This document shows positions 1 to 10,209 of a stretch of 32,000 nt of DNA, one piece after another. The position numbers were made by a program, and so were the translations under genes. The stretch spans positions 300,001-332,000 of the forward strand of contig CP188087.1 in the NCBI GenBank assembly GCA_049942775.1. Reading direction: 5' to 3'. This DNA comes from Candidatus Saccharimonadota bacterium (GTDB lineage Bacteria > Pseudomonadota > Gammaproteobacteria > Enterobacterales > Enterobacteriaceae). The notes beneath the pieces were generated by a model. It was not told the origin of the DNA and ran no database searches. It saw only the letters and a list, made by a program, of their open reading frames with translations. The first letter of the stretch is position 1. Every line of letters starts with the position of its first letter.

Positions 1-1075
1 TAAACTGAATATCTAATCGATGTCTAGAAACATTTATACTAGGAACAGTTTCTGCACCCTTGCAAACTTTAGACATTATAGCAACTGTTTCAATTGGATA
101 ATTTCCAGTTGCTGTTTCAGCAGATAACATAACAGCATCAGTTCCATCTAAAACAGCATTGGCCACATCCATTACTTCTGCTCTGGTTGGTAATGGTTGA
201 AAAATCATAGATTCCATCATCTGAGTAGCTGTAATTACAATTCTATTTAATTGTCTTGCTTTTCTAATAAGAGTTTTTTGTACTCCGACTAATTCAGGAT
301 CTCCTATTTCAACTCCAAGATCTCCTCTTGCTACCATAATTGCATCTGATGCTAAAATTATTTTTTCTATATCCTTCTCTGTAGCAACCGCTTCTGCACG
401 TTCTATTTTCGCAACAATTTTGGCATAACTACCAGTTTTTTCAACCAATCTTCTAGCTTCGTGAATATCTTTTGCTGATCTAGGAAAAGATATAGCTAAG
501 TAATCAACTCCAATTTTTGCAGCTAAACAAATATCTCTTTTGTCTTTATTAGTTAAAGATTTAGCTGAAAGTCCACCACCTAATTTATTTATTCCTTTAT
601 TTTTAGATAAAACACCACCAATTATCACTTCAGTATAAATTTTATCTTTTGTTGATTTTAATACTTTTAATTGTATTCTACCATCATCTAATAACAATAT
701 ATCTTGATAATTAACATCTAATGGTAATGATTTATAATCAACTCCTACTTTATTTTTATTACCTTCATTAAAACCTAAATTGGTATCTAATACAAATTGT
801 TCTCCAGAATTTAAAATAACTGTTTCTGAATTAAAACTTAAAATTCTAATTTTTGGACCTTGTAAATCTCCAAGTAAAGCTACATGACATTTTAATTTTT
901 CCATAATTTCAAAAACTTTTTTTGCTCGAAATATATGTTCTTCACTAGTTCCATGAGAAAAATTTAATCTTAATACATTAGCTCCCGATTTAATAATTTT
1001 CTCTAAATTATTATTTTTATCTGTAGAAGGACCTAAAGTTACAACTATTTTAGTTCTTCTAAGTCGTTTTAACAT
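1..1075 (-). CDS. pykA: Pyruvate kinase II, N-terminal ~358 codons; the 3' end runs off the left edge of the window
   Basis: Absent from the ORF track because there is no stop in the window. Reverse-strand ATG at 1075-1073, with AGGAGA (revcomp of 1081-1086) 5 nt upstream. My translation gives [19 protein letters not shown]..., ...[30 protein letters not shown]... and ...[16 protein letters not shown]...[13 protein letters not shown]. It is colinear with E. coli PykA and open to position 1. Confidence 0.93.
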   Translation of the reverse strand, partial: MLKRLRRTKIVVTLGPSTDKNNNLEKIIKSGANVLRLNFSHGTSEEHIFRAKKVFEIMEKLKCHVALLGDLQGPKIRILSFNSETVILNSGEQFVLDTNLGFNEGNKNKVGVDYKSLPLDVNYQDILLLDDGRIQLKVLKSTKDKIYTEVIIGGVLSKNKGINKLGGGLSAKSLTNKDKRDICLAAKIGVDYLAISFPRSAKDIHEARRLVEKTGSYAKIVAKIERAEAVATEKDIEKIILASDAIMVARGDLGVEIGDPELVGVQKTLIRKARQLNRIVITATQMMESMIFQPLPTRAEVMDVANAVLDGTDAVMLSAETATGNYPIETVAIMSKVCKGAETVPSINVSRHRLDIQF

Positions 1076-1484
1076 AATTTTCTCCTATTTGAAAATCAAA
1101 AAATAATTTATTTTCTTTAAACATGATAAAAGTATAATATAAATTACTATCAATAATAGACATTTATTAAATTAGCATTTTTATTTATTGTGAATGCTCC
1201 CATAAAAATTTGAAATAATTAATTTATTTATTCAGTAAAAATTATAATGAGGAAAGCGTTTTGCTTCTTTTTCTTAATAATATAAAATTAAATAATTAAT
1301 AAAAATGAACAATTTTTTTATTTATAGTTATTTTTAAATTTGACTAACAGTTTTTTTTATCAAAGAATTAATAGTAATATTTATTTAACTAAATTAAAAA
1401 ACAAAGATATTTTTTTTAAAGTTATTAATTATTCAAATATTATAAACATTTTTTTATTTGAAATATAATGAAGGTTATTAAAAA

Positions 1485-2951
1485 ATGTCAAAAAACTTAA
1501 AAAATGGATGTGATATAATTATTTTTGGGGCAAAAGGAGATTTAGCAAAAAGAAAATTAATGCCTTCTCTTTATCATTTAGAAAAAAACAAAAAACTAGA
1601 TTTAAATACAAAAATAATAGGTGTTGGTAGAGCTGACTGGAATGAATTAGAATATAAAAAAATAGTACGAAAATCACTTGAAATTTTCATGAAAGAAAAA
1701 ATAAATGAAACAATTTGGAATAAATTATGCAGTAGACTTAAATTTTGTAACTTAGATGTCAACCAAACAGAAAAATTTTTAAAATTACAATTTTTTATAG
1801 ATCAAAAAAACAGAATAACAATAAATTATTTTGCAGTTCCTCCAAACATTTATGGAATTATTTGTCAAGGATTAGGTTTAGCTAAGTTAAATAAACCTAC
1901 TTCAAGAATAATTATAGAAAAACCAATTGGAACTTCATTAAAAACTTCAAAAGAAATAAATGATCAAATTGGAAAATATTTTGATGAATCTCAAATTTTT
2001 AGAATAGATCATTATTTAGGAAAAGAAACAGTATTAAATTTATTATATCTTAGATTTGCAAATTCTATTTTTTATAATAACTGGAGTAATAAAACAATTG
2101 ATCATGTTCAAATTACAGTTGCAGAAGAAATAGGAATTGAAGGAAGATGGGGTTATTTTGATAAAACCGGACAGATGAGAGACATGGTACAAAATCATTT
2201 ATTACAAATTTTAAGCATCATTGCAATGTCTCCTCCTATAAACTTTTGTACTGATAGCATAAGAGACGAAAAAGTAAAAGTATTAAAATCTTTACGTCCA
2301 ATTAATGCCAAAAATGTAAAAAACAAAACTATTCGAGGACAGTATTCGTCTGGATTTATTCAAGGAAAATTTGTTCCTTCTTATATAAATGAAAAAGGAT
2401 CGAATCAAGATAGTAATACAGAAACCTTTGTAGCAATTAAAGTTAACATAGATAATTGGCGTTGGTTTGGAGTACCATTTTATTTGCGAACAGGAAAAAG
2501 AATGAAAAAAAAATGCTCTGAAGTATCAATTGTTTTTAAAAAATTACCAATGAACATTTTTAAAAAATCTATGCCAAATCTAAATCAAAATAAATTAACG
2601 ATTAGATTACAACCAAACGAAGGAATCGATATTCATATCTTAAATAAGTTTCCTGGTTTAAACAAATCCATCAACCATTTAGTAAGTTCGAAACTACAAT
2701 TTAATTATTTAGAAAACTTTAAAAAAGCTAATATAATAGATGCATATGAAAGATTGTTACTTGAAAGTATGAAAGGTATTCAATCCTTGTTTGTTCGAAG
2801 AGATGAAGTAGAAGAAGCTTGGAAATGGGTCGATTCAATTATTGAAATTTGGGAAAAAAATGAAATTATGCCAGAATTATATTCTGCAGGTACCTGGGGT
2901 CCAGTTGCATCAGAAAAGATGCTAAATAAAGATGGACGATCTTGGAATTAA
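1485..2951 (+). CDS. zwf: Glucose-6-phosphate 1-dehydrogenase
   Basis: 488 aa. Has the NADP-binding IFGAKGDLAKRKL motif and the G6PD signature RIDHYLGKE. Full-length relative to E. coli Zwf. GAAGG Shine-Dalgarno at 1470-1474. Divergent from pykA, as in E. coli. Confidence 0.97.
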   Translation: MSKNLKNGCDIIIFGAKGDLAKRKLMPSLYHLEKNKKLDLNTKIIGVGRADWNELEYKKIVRKSLEIFMKEKINETIWNKLCSRLKFCNLDVNQTEKFLKLQFFIDQKNRITINYFAVPPNIYGIICQGLGLAKLNKPTSRIIIEKPIGTSLKTSKEINDQIGKYFDESQIFRIDHYLGKETVLNLLYLRFANSIFYNNWSNKTIDHVQITVAEEIGIEGRWGYFDKTGQMRDMVQNHLLQILSIIAMSPPINFCTDSIRDEKVKVLKSLRPINAKNVKNKTIRGQYSSGFIQGKFVPSYINEKGSNQDSNTETFVAIKVNIDNWRWFGVPFYLRTGKRMKKKCSEVSIVFKKLPMNIFKKSMPNLNQNKLTIRLQPNEGIDIHILNKFPGLNKSINHLVSSKLQFNYLENFKKANIIDAYERLLLESMKGIQSLFVRRDEVEEAWKWVDSIIEIWEKNEIMPELYSAGTWGPVASEKMLNKDGRSWN

Positions 2952-3282
2952 TAAGAATTAAATAATTTTAAATGAAAATTTAAATAAAAAAATATTTTAT
3001 TTTTGAAAAATTTTGATGTTTTACAGTACAATATTTAAAAAAATAAAAATTGATCAAGCATTAATGTTGTTTGATCAATATTGATTTAAATTAATATTAA
3101 ATTTTTAATAATTAAAAATTTAATCTGTTTAATTAAATTAAGAATGTTCAATCTAATTATAAAAAAAACTACAAAAAAATTATTTATGAATTTCAAATAC
3201 AATATTGTTTTTTAAAAAAAATTAGATTGAAACTTAAAAATCATTTATATTTTTTTATAAAAATATTTTAGGAAACAAATAT

Positions 3283-4161
3283 ATGAAAAGAATTATCTTT
3301 TTTTTATTAACTAATTTATCAGTAATGTTATTATTTTCTATAATTCTTAGTTTTACTCCTATTAACTCAAATAATTTGTATGATTTAATTATTGTTTCAG
3401 GGATGTTTGGATTTTTAGGTTCAATTGTTTCACTGTTAATGTCTAAATGGATTGCATTAAGTTTAGTTAAAGGGAAAATTATTAGACTTCCAAAAAATGA
3501 AATTGAAACTTGGTTAATGAATAAAATTTTCTATTTATCTAAAAAAGCTCAAATAATAGCTCCTGAACTTGCTATTTATGAATCTATTGAAATGAATGCT
3601 TTTGCTACTGGATGCAGGAAGAATTCCTCATTAATAGCAGTTTCTACCGGTTTATTAAAAAATATGAATTTTAAAGAAATAGAAGCAGTTTTAGCACATG
3701 AAATTAGTCATATCAAAAGTGGTGATATGGTCACAATGACTTTAATTCAAGGAGTGATAAATACTTTTGTTTTTTTTATTTCTCAAATTATTGTAGAATT
3801 TCTTTTAAATTCTTCTAATAAAAAAGAAAAAAAACTAGATGAAGAAAATCAACATCCTATTCTGTTTTTTTTATTGACTAATTTTTTAGAAATTATATTT
3901 GGCATGTTAGCTAGTTTAATAGTATTTAGTTTTTCTAGACGTAGAGAATTTTATGCAGATGCAGGATCTGCTAATATGGTTGGAAAAGAGAATATGATTT
4001 CTGCTCTACAAAAAATAAAAAATTCTCAAGCTTTAAATACATCAGATTTCATCTCTACTTCTTATATCCATGGAAAATCGAATAATTTTTCCTTCTTGTT
4101 TCAATCTCATCCTCCATTAGAAACTAGAATAAAAGCTTTATTTCAAGAAAAATATATGTAA
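3283..4161 (+). CDS. htpX: Membrane zinc metalloprotease HtpX
   Basis: 292 aa, colinear with E. coli HtpX (293 aa). Shows FLLTNL...SLLMSKW, the HEISH zinc motif, GDMVTMTLIQGV and C-terminal HPPLETRI. Confidence 0.95.
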   Translation: MKRIIFFLLTNLSVMLLFSIILSFTPINSNNLYDLIIVSGMFGFLGSIVSLLMSKWIALSLVKGKIIRLPKNEIETWLMNKIFYLSKKAQIIAPELAIYESIEMNAFATGCRKNSSLIAVSTGLLKNMNFKEIEAVLAHEISHIKSGDMVTMTLIQGVINTFVFFISQIIVEFLLNSSNKKEKKLDEENQHPILFFLLTNFLEIIFGMLASLIVFSFSRRREFYADAGSANMVGKENMISALQKIKNSQALNTSDFISTSYIHGKSNNFSFLFQSHPPLETRIKALFQEKYM

Positions 4162-4430
4162 AAAAATTTTTTTATAAATAAAAAAATAACAAAAATTTAT
4201 TAACTTGTATTTTTTTATCAAATCTATATAATAATATATTTATTAAGATAAAAATATAATTCAAAAATTTAAAAATTTTTTGTTTATTTTATAAAAAGAT
4301 TTCAATATTTTAAATATTAAATAAAGAAAAATTTTATACAACCATTCCTTGAAGGAATGAACTTAAAATAAATCGTTTATTCAGAAACATCTTCTAATTT
4401 TTATTATTAAAGAGTAAGGAAATTTATATT

Positions 4431-4640
4431 ATGGAAAAAACAAATGGTAAAGTTAAGTGGTTCAATGAATCTAAAGGATTTGGTTTTATAACTCCCTCTG
4501 ATGGTGGAAAAGATGTTTTTGTCCATTTTTCTTCTATTCAAGGTAGTGGTTTTAAAACTCTTGCTGAAGGACAAAATGTAGAATTTGAAATTCAAGATGG
4601 TCAAAAGGGTCAATCTGCTATTAATGTTCTTGCTATATAA
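4431..4640 (+). CDS. cspC: Cold-shock-domain protein (CspC/CspE class)
   Basis: 69 aa. RNP1 is [12 protein letters not shown] and RNP2 is [19 protein letters not shown] matches my recollection of E. coli CspC better than CspE. AAGGA Shine-Dalgarno at 4416-4420. Confidence 0.88.
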   Translation: MEKTNGKVKWFNESKGFGFITPSDGGKDVFVHFSSIQGSGFKTLAEGQNVEFEIQDGQKGQSAINVLAI

Positions 4641-4875
4641 TTTTCAAAAATTATAAATGATAATTCTTTTTTAAATGCATTAAATTAGTCAAAAAAAATA
4701 ATGTTTGGTTTCATGTTTTAAATTATTAAGATAATTTAAAAATTTTATAAATAATGATAAATATGTAAATAAATTTTCTAAAAAAATTAGTTAATTATTT
4801 TTTTAAAATTTTATTTAAAACAAACTATAAATTAACAAACTATTTTATTAATAAAATTATATAACAGAGAGTTCA

Positions 4876-6441
4876 ATGGATTTTTTTTTTAAAACTTCTA
4901 CTTGGATACCCCTATTTACATTAATTATTTTAGAAATAGTTTTAAGTATTGATAATTTAGTATTTATTTCTGTCTTAATAGACAAACTGTCACCAATGGA
5001 TAGAGATAAAGCTAGAATTATTGGATTAAGTTTAGCTCTTTTAATACGTCTGATGTTATTATTTTTAATGTCTTGGATAATTACGTTAACTCATCCAATA
5101 ATCCAAAATAAATTTTTTAATTTGTCAGGAAGAGATCTGATTTTGTTGTTTGGAGGTATGTTTTTATTATTTAAGTCAACTATTGAATTACATGAAAGAT
5201 TAGAATATCAAAAACATGAACCTTTACAGAGCAAAAATTATTCAAATTTTTGGACAGTAATTTTACAAATTGTTGTATTAGATGCCATATTTTCATTAGA
5301 TTCTGTGATTACAGCGATAGGAATGGTAAATTCATTGCCAGTAATGATGTCAGCAGTTGTCATAGCTATGTTTTTTATGTTATTGGCTTCTAAGCAATTA
5401 ACTGTTTTTATGAATTTTCATCCTTCAGTAGTAGTGTTGTGTTTAAGTTTTTTATTAATGATTGGAATATCATTAATTGCAGAATCAATAGGTTTTTTTA
5501 TTCCTAAAGGATATTTATATACAGCTATTAGTTTCTCTGTTTTAATTGAATTATTTAATCAAATTTCTAAAAACAAAATTGTTAAATATCAATCTAAACG
5601 TCCCATTAGACAAAGAGTTACAGAATCTATTCTTAGATTGATGTTAGGAGAAAAAAATAAAGATAATCAAGAAATAATCAAATTTCCTAATATTATATTA
5701 GGTAAGAAAAAAAAAAAATACTCCGAATCCATATATAAATCTTTCAAAGATGAAGAAAAATATATGATAAATGGAGTTTTAACATTAGCTTTACGATCTA
5801 TTCGTAGTATTATGACTCCAAGGTCTGAAATCTCCTGGGTTAATTTAGAAAACAGTAATAAAGAAATTAGAAATCAACTATTAGATACTCCTCATAGTTT
5901 GTTTCCAATTTGCAGAGGTGAATTGGATGAAATAGTTGGAATTGTAAGAGCCAAAGAATTATTAATGATTCTAGAAAAAAATGATGACATAAACATTTTT
6001 TCTTCTAAAACACCTCCAATAATTATTCCTGATACATTGGATACTATAAAACTTTTAGGAGTTTTAAAAAATTCTAGGGGTAGCTTAGTAATTGTAAGCA
6101 ATGAGTTTGGAGTAATTCAAGGTTTGATAACTCCATTAGATGTATTAGAAGCAATTGCTGGAGAATTTCCAGACGCCGATGAAACTCCGGAAATAATTTT
6201 TGAGAGAGATGGTAGTTGGTTAGTTAAAGGTGGAACGGATTTACATTCTATACAACAACTATTAAATACAGAAAATCTAATTCAAGAAGAAAATTATGCA
6301 TCGTTAAATGGTTTTCTAATATCTCATAAAGGACAATTACCAATTCCTGGAGAAATTATTGAAATTCCACCATTACAATTCCATATTTTAGAAGTTACAG
6401 AATATAGAATAAATTTGGTAAGAATAAAAAAAATAATTTAA
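4876..6441 (+). CDS. yoaE: TerC-family integral membrane protein with C-terminal CBS pair and CorC/HlyC domain (YoaE)
   Basis: 521 aa, colinear with E. coli YoaE. Shows LEIVLSIDNLVFI, VVLDAIFSLDSVITAIGM, YMINGVLTLALRSIRSIMTPR and PLDVLEAIAGEFPDADETPEII. Contains an in-frame A12 tract at 5707-5718. Confidence 0.88.
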   Translation: MDFFFKTSTWIPLFTLIILEIVLSIDNLVFISVLIDKLSPMDRDKARIIGLSLALLIRLMLLFLMSWIITLTHPIIQNKFFNLSGRDLILLFGGMFLLFKSTIELHERLEYQKHEPLQSKNYSNFWTVILQIVVLDAIFSLDSVITAIGMVNSLPVMMSAVVIAMFFMLLASKQLTVFMNFHPSVVVLCLSFLLMIGISLIAESIGFFIPKGYLYTAISFSVLIELFNQISKNKIVKYQSKRPIRQRVTESILRLMLGEKNKDNQEIIKFPNIILGKKKKKYSESIYKSFKDEEKYMINGVLTLALRSIRSIMTPRSEISWVNLENSNKEIRNQLLDTPHSLFPICRGELDEIVGIVRAKELLMILEKNDDINIFSSKTPPIIIPDTLDTIKLLGVLKNSRGSLVIVSNEFGVIQGLITPLDVLEAIAGEFPDADETPEIIFERDGSWLVKGGTDLHSIQQLLNTENLIQEENYASLNGFLISHKGQLPIPGEIIEIPPLQFHILEVTEYRINLVRIKKII

Positions 6442-6508
6442 TTTAAATTCTAAAAAAAGTCAATTTTTTTAAACAAATAGGAACAAAACTAATTTTTATC
6501 TTTAAAAA

Positions 6509-7171
6509 ATGAAAAAAATAATTTTATCTTTAGATACTTCATTGAATTACTGTTCAGTAGCATTGTTAGTCGACAATTGTATTGACTCTTTGTTTGAAAA
6601 ATGTAAACAAAATCAAACAAAAGTAATTCTTCCAATGATTAAAAAAATACTAAATAGAAATCTAATTGATTTAAATGAAATAAATTTAATAGGGGTAACT
6701 CATGGTCCTGGTGAATTAACAGGAATAAGAACAGGAATTTGTGTTGCTAAAAGTATTTCTATAATAAAAAAAATTCCATTAATTAGTGTTTCTACAATAT
6801 CTATTTTAGCAGAACAATCAAAAAGATTACATTTACTTAATAAAGTACTAGTTTTTATGAATTTTAATAAAAATAAAATTTTTTTAGGAAAATATTCAAT
6901 AAACAATACAAATGGAATTTTTGAATTAAATGGAAAAGAACGAGTATTAAGAAATAGTAATTTTGATATAAAAAAATTAAATTTAGACAATGAATGGACT
7001 ATCATAGGAAACATGTTTAAAAAAGAAAATTCTAAAAGAAATAAAAAAATAAAATTTATAAAAATTTCAGTTCCTAATGCAATTGATATTATTCCTTTTG
7101 CCAATTTTTTTTACAAAAAAAAACATATTTTTAAAAATATTAATAATATAAAAACAAGTTATTTATTTTAA
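6509..7171 (+). CDS. tsaB: tRNA t6A37 threonylcarbamoyl-transfer complex protein TsaB (YeaZ)
   Basis: 220 aa. Shows LSLDTS..YCSVALL and GVTHGPGELTGIRTG, which correspond to E. coli IDTATEACSVAL and GPGSFTGVRIG. Position next to yoaE matches E. coli order. Confidence 0.82.
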   Translation: MKKIILSLDTSLNYCSVALLVDNCIDSLFEKCKQNQTKVILPMIKKILNRNLIDLNEINLIGVTHGPGELTGIRTGICVAKSISIIKKIPLISVSTISILAEQSKRLHLLNKVLVFMNFNKNKIFLGKYSINNTNGIFELNGKERVLRNSNFDIKKLNLDNEWTIIGNMFKKENSKRNKKIKFIKISVPNAIDIIPFANFFYKKKHIFKNINNIKTSYLF

Positions 7172-7260
7172 AATATTTACCTATTTTTATTTTTTTTATT
7201 TTTATAAAAAATTCTATTATTTTATTTGTATCAATTTAACAAATTTCTAATTAATATTTT

Positions 7261-7527
7261 TTATTTATCAGAAATAATTATATCTAATTTAATAACAACA
7301 GGAGAGATTGATTTTTTTTCTTTTTTATACTTTATAGAAATTATTTTTTGATTATTCATTTTTATATATTTTGACATTACTAATAAAATTTCTTTCTTTA
7401 AATTTGGCAAGTAATCTGGTTCAAAAATTATATTTTTTTTATTATTTGATACAATTATTTGTAATCTTTTTTTTGCTATAAATGCACTATTTTTTTTAAA
7501 AGATAAAAATAAATCTAATACAGACAT
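7261..7527 (-). CDS. minE: Cell-division topological specificity factor MinE
   Basis: 88 aa. N-terminus MSVLDLFLSFKKNSAFIAKKRLQIIV corresponds to E. coli [26 protein letters not shown]. Lies immediately downstream of minD. Confidence 0.92.
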   Translation of the reverse strand: MSVLDLFLSFKKNSAFIAKKRLQIIVSNNKKNIIFEPDYLPNLKKEILLVMSKYIKMNNQKIISIKYKKEKKSISPVVIKLDIIISDK

Positions 7528-7533
7528 TGTAAA

Positions 7534-8346
7534 TTATCTCCAAAATAAACGTTGAAAAAAGCTTTTTTTTTCCTCTTTAATAAATCTAAACGGTACATTT
7601 TTCCCAATTATTCTATTTACAACATCAAAATATGCGTTTCCAGCTTTAGAAATAGGATTTAAAATAACTGAAACACCTTGATTAGAAGAATTTAAAACAT
7701 TAAAATCTTCAGGAACTACTCCTATCAGTGGTACTTTTAATATTTCTGAAATGTCTTCAACACTTAACATTTCACCTGTTTCAACTCTAGTAATTTCATA
7801 TCTAGTTATTAATAAATGTTCTTCGATTGGATTTAAATTTTTTTCTGATCTATATGATTTAGAAGATAAAATCCCTAATACTCTATCAGAGTCACGAACA
7901 GATGATATTTCCGGATTAGTAACTAAAATTGCTATATCAGAAAAATACATAGATAAAATCGCACCGTTATCTATTCCAGCAGGAGAATCACAAACAATAA
8001 AATTAAAATCCATTTCAATTAATTCATAAATTATTTTTTTTACTCCTTCTTTAGTTAAAGAATCTTTAGATTTAGTTTGAGAAGCTGGCAAAATAAATAA
8101 ATTTTCATTGTTTTTGTCTCTTATTAATGCTTGATTTAATTTAGCATCTCCTTGAATCACATTAATGAAATCATAAACTACTCTTCTTTCACATCCCATT
8201 ATTAAATCTAAATTCCTCAACCCAATGTCAAAATCTATAACAACTGTCTTTTTACCTTGTAAGGCTAATCCAGTAGATATCGCTGCACTAGTTGTCGTTT
8301 TACCTACTCCACCTTTTCCTGAAGTAACAACAATAATTTTGCTCAT
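7534..8346 (-). CDS. minD: Septum-site-determining ATPase MinD
   Basis: 270 aa. Has the deviant Walker A GKGGVGKTT. Highly conserved throughout, with a C-terminal amphipathic tail KKSFFQRLF. Confidence 0.97.
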   Translation of the reverse strand: MSKIIVVTSGKGGVGKTTTSAAISTGLALQGKKTVVIDFDIGLRNLDLIMGCERRVVYDFINVIQGDAKLNQALIRDKNNENLFILPASQTKSKDSLTKEGVKKIIYELIEMDFNFIVCDSPAGIDNGAILSMYFSDIAILVTNPEISSVRDSDRVLGILSSKSYRSEKNLNPIEEHLLITRYEITRVETGEMLSVEDISEILKVPLIGVVPEDFNVLNSSNQGVSVILNPISKAGNAYFDVVNRIIGKNVPFRFIKEEKKSFFQRLFWR

Positions 8347-8365
8347 TTTTCATCCTAATAAATTT

Positions 8366-9064
8366 TTAATCTAGAAGATTAATTTTTAATTTATCATTTT
8401 TTAAAAAAATTCTAACAGTTTTTCCTAATATTTTTTTTTTAATTTCATCTAATAAAACATATTCCCCTGCAATTGAAACTAATTCTGAAAATAATTTTGT
8501 ACAAAAAATTTGACTATCTTTGTTTCCTTTAGCTCCCGCTAAAACTCTACCTTTCATAAAACCATATATATGCACGTTTCCATCTGCTATTAATTCAGCA
8601 CCAGGATTAACATTATTAGCTACAATTAAATCTGAAGATTCTGCATATATAGTTTGCCCAGATCTAACAGGAGTATCAACTATATAACTCTTCTTCAACT
8701 CAATTAATTTAGAGGTTTTTTTTTTTTTTAAAAATGATTGATTATAATAAAAAATTTTATTTTTTTCTGTAAGAATAGGAATTCCTAATTTTTTAATAAT
8801 TTTTTTAAAAAACAAGTTTGTACATCCTGTAATTCCTATTACATATAAACCAACAGAAATAATTCCTGCAATCATTTTTTTTAAATCGACATTTTTTGAC
8901 AAATTAGAAATATTTATAGCAATTGGAGCTTCTTTAAAAAAAGAAGGTGATAAATTTATTTTTTTTTGTAATGCATTCTTTACAACTTCTGAACTATCAT
9001 TTAATAAGTACAGTACCATTAAAGTAAAAACATTTCCTTGAATTTTAATTGGAACATTTTTCAT
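8366..9064 (-). CDS. minC: Septum-site-determining protein MinC
   Basis: 232 aa. C-terminal beta-helix region RSGQTIYA...GAELIADGNVHIYGFMKGRVLAGAKG. minCDE operon order is preserved. The coding strand carries an in-frame A14 (T14 on the plus strand at 8716-8729). Confidence 0.9.
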   Translation of the reverse strand: MKNVPIKIQGNVFTLMVLYLLNDSSEVVKNALQKKINLSPSFFKEAPIAINISNLSKNVDLKKMIAGIISVGLYVIGITGCTNLFFKKIIKKLGIPILTEKNKIFYYNQSFLKKKKTSKLIELKKSYIVDTPVRSGQTIYAESSDLIVANNVNPGAELIADGNVHIYGFMKGRVLAGAKGNKDSQIFCTKLFSELVSIAGEYVLLDEIKKKILGKTVRIFLKNDKLKINLLD

Positions 9065-9160
9065 TTTTTTACCGTATTACAAATAATGCTATTTTTTTTT
9101 TTAAAATTACAATATATTCATCAAAATGATTATTTTTATCCAAAAAAAAAAAAAACAGAA

Positions 9161-10192
9161 ATGAAATTTAAAGATAAAGAAAATAGAGAAAAAAAAATTT
9201 TTTTTAGACAAATTAACAATTTTATTAATGAAAAAATAATTTTATCTGGAAATATTGAACCTAGCATTATTAATGGTTTAAATTTTAAGCAGGTTAATAT
9301 ATTTACTACAAAATTCAATTTTTTTAAAAAATTAAATCTTATAGAAAAAACTCAATTTGGTTTAATTTACAACAAAGAAATATTTCTAAAAAGTAATTTT
9401 TTTGTATATTTGTGGCCTAGAAATAAAAAAGAAGCATTGTTCCAATTACATTTCTTTTTTGCAAACTTTAAAAATAATACAAAAGTATTTATTTTTGGAA
9501 AAAATTCATTTGGAGTAAAAAGTTGTATTCATTTATTAAAAAAATGGATAATTTTAAAAAAAATTGACTCAGTTAAAAGTTGTTCTTGTTTCAGTGGTTA
9601 TATGACAAAAATAACGGATATTCAATTTTCTATAAAAGACTTTTTTAAAACATATTATGTAAATAACTTAAAAATAAAAAGTTTACCAGGAGTTTTCGAC
9701 TATTCTGGAATAGACGATGGAACAAATTTACTAGCATCTACATTTTCTAAAAACATAAAAGGAAAAGTACTAGATTTAGGATGTGGATCAGGAATTTTAA
9801 GTTTACTTTTATCTAATATTTGTAAAGATAAAATTTCACTTACTTTAATAGATTCAGAATATCATGCAATAATATCTAGTATAGAAAATTTTAAAATCAA
9901 CAAAATGTCAGCAAAAATTTTTGAAAGTGATTTATTTTCCAACGTCCAAGAAAAATTTGACTTTATTATATCTAATCCTCCAATTCACGAAGGTAAAAAA
10001 ATAACAGTAAAAATAGTAAATAAAATAATAAAAATGTCTTCAAATTATTTAAATAAAAATGGAGAACTTCGATTCGTTTCTTTATCTTGCTTATCTTACA
10101 ACAAAATCCTAAACAAATATTTTAGATTTATTAAGATTTTAAAAAATAACAAAAGATATACAGTTTATAAATTAATGAAACCTATATTCTAA
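9161..10192 (+). CDS. rsmC: 16S rRNA (guanine1207-N2)-methyltransferase RsmC
   Basis: SAM motif KVLDLGCGSGILS and catalytic IISNPPIHEG. YLWPRNKKEALFQL corresponds to E. coli YYWPKNKPEAQFQL. I moved the start from the ORF-track ATG 9038 to ATG 9161. That gives 343 aa versus 343 in E. coli, and the longer form would overlap the minC start and include an A14 tract. The start codon is less certain than the gene call. Confidence 0.85.
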   Translation: MKFKDKENREKKIFFRQINNFINEKIILSGNIEPSIINGLNFKQVNIFTTKFNFFKKLNLIEKTQFGLIYNKEIFLKSNFFVYLWPRNKKEALFQLHFFFANFKNNTKVFIFGKNSFGVKSCIHLLKKWIILKKIDSVKSCSCFSGYMTKITDIQFSIKDFFKTYYVNNLKIKSLPGVFDYSGIDDGTNLLASTFSKNIKGKVLDLGCGSGILSLLLSNICKDKISLTLIDSEYHAIISSIENFKINKMSAKIFESDLFSNVQEKFDFIISNPPIHEGKKITVKIVNKIIKMSSNYLNKNGELRFVSLSCLSYNKILNKYFRFIKILKNNKRYTVYKLMKPIF

Positions 10193-10209
10193 ATTTAACA
10201 TTGTGTCCA

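Noticed and set aside
1464-1469. Perfect TATAAT just upstream of zwf as its -10
   Set aside because: It ends 15 nt before the ATG, so transcription would start downstream of the GAAGG Shine-Dalgarno. TATAAT hexamers are frequent by chance in this DNA.
3050-3078. TTGATCAA-N13-TTGATCAA hairpin as a zwf terminator
   Set aside because: It lies 99 nt past the stop, has a 13-nt loop and has no following T-run. The self-complementary 8-mer repeated twice could equally be chance or a short duplication.
6700-7104. 134-aa ORF antisense to tsaB
   Set aside because: It lies entirely inside and opposite a recognisable conserved gene. Its composition (F, I, L, K-rich) is what the reverse complement of an A-rich coding strand yields. 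No start context or homolog is recognisable. Long antisense ORFs are expected in AT-rich DNA, where stop codons on one strand are depleted by codon bias.
9038-9160. 41-codon N-terminal extension of rsmC given by the ORF track
   Set aside because: It would overlap the first 9 codons of divergent minC and run through an A14 tract, and it has no counterpart in E. coli RsmC. A start at 9161 reproduces the E. coli length.
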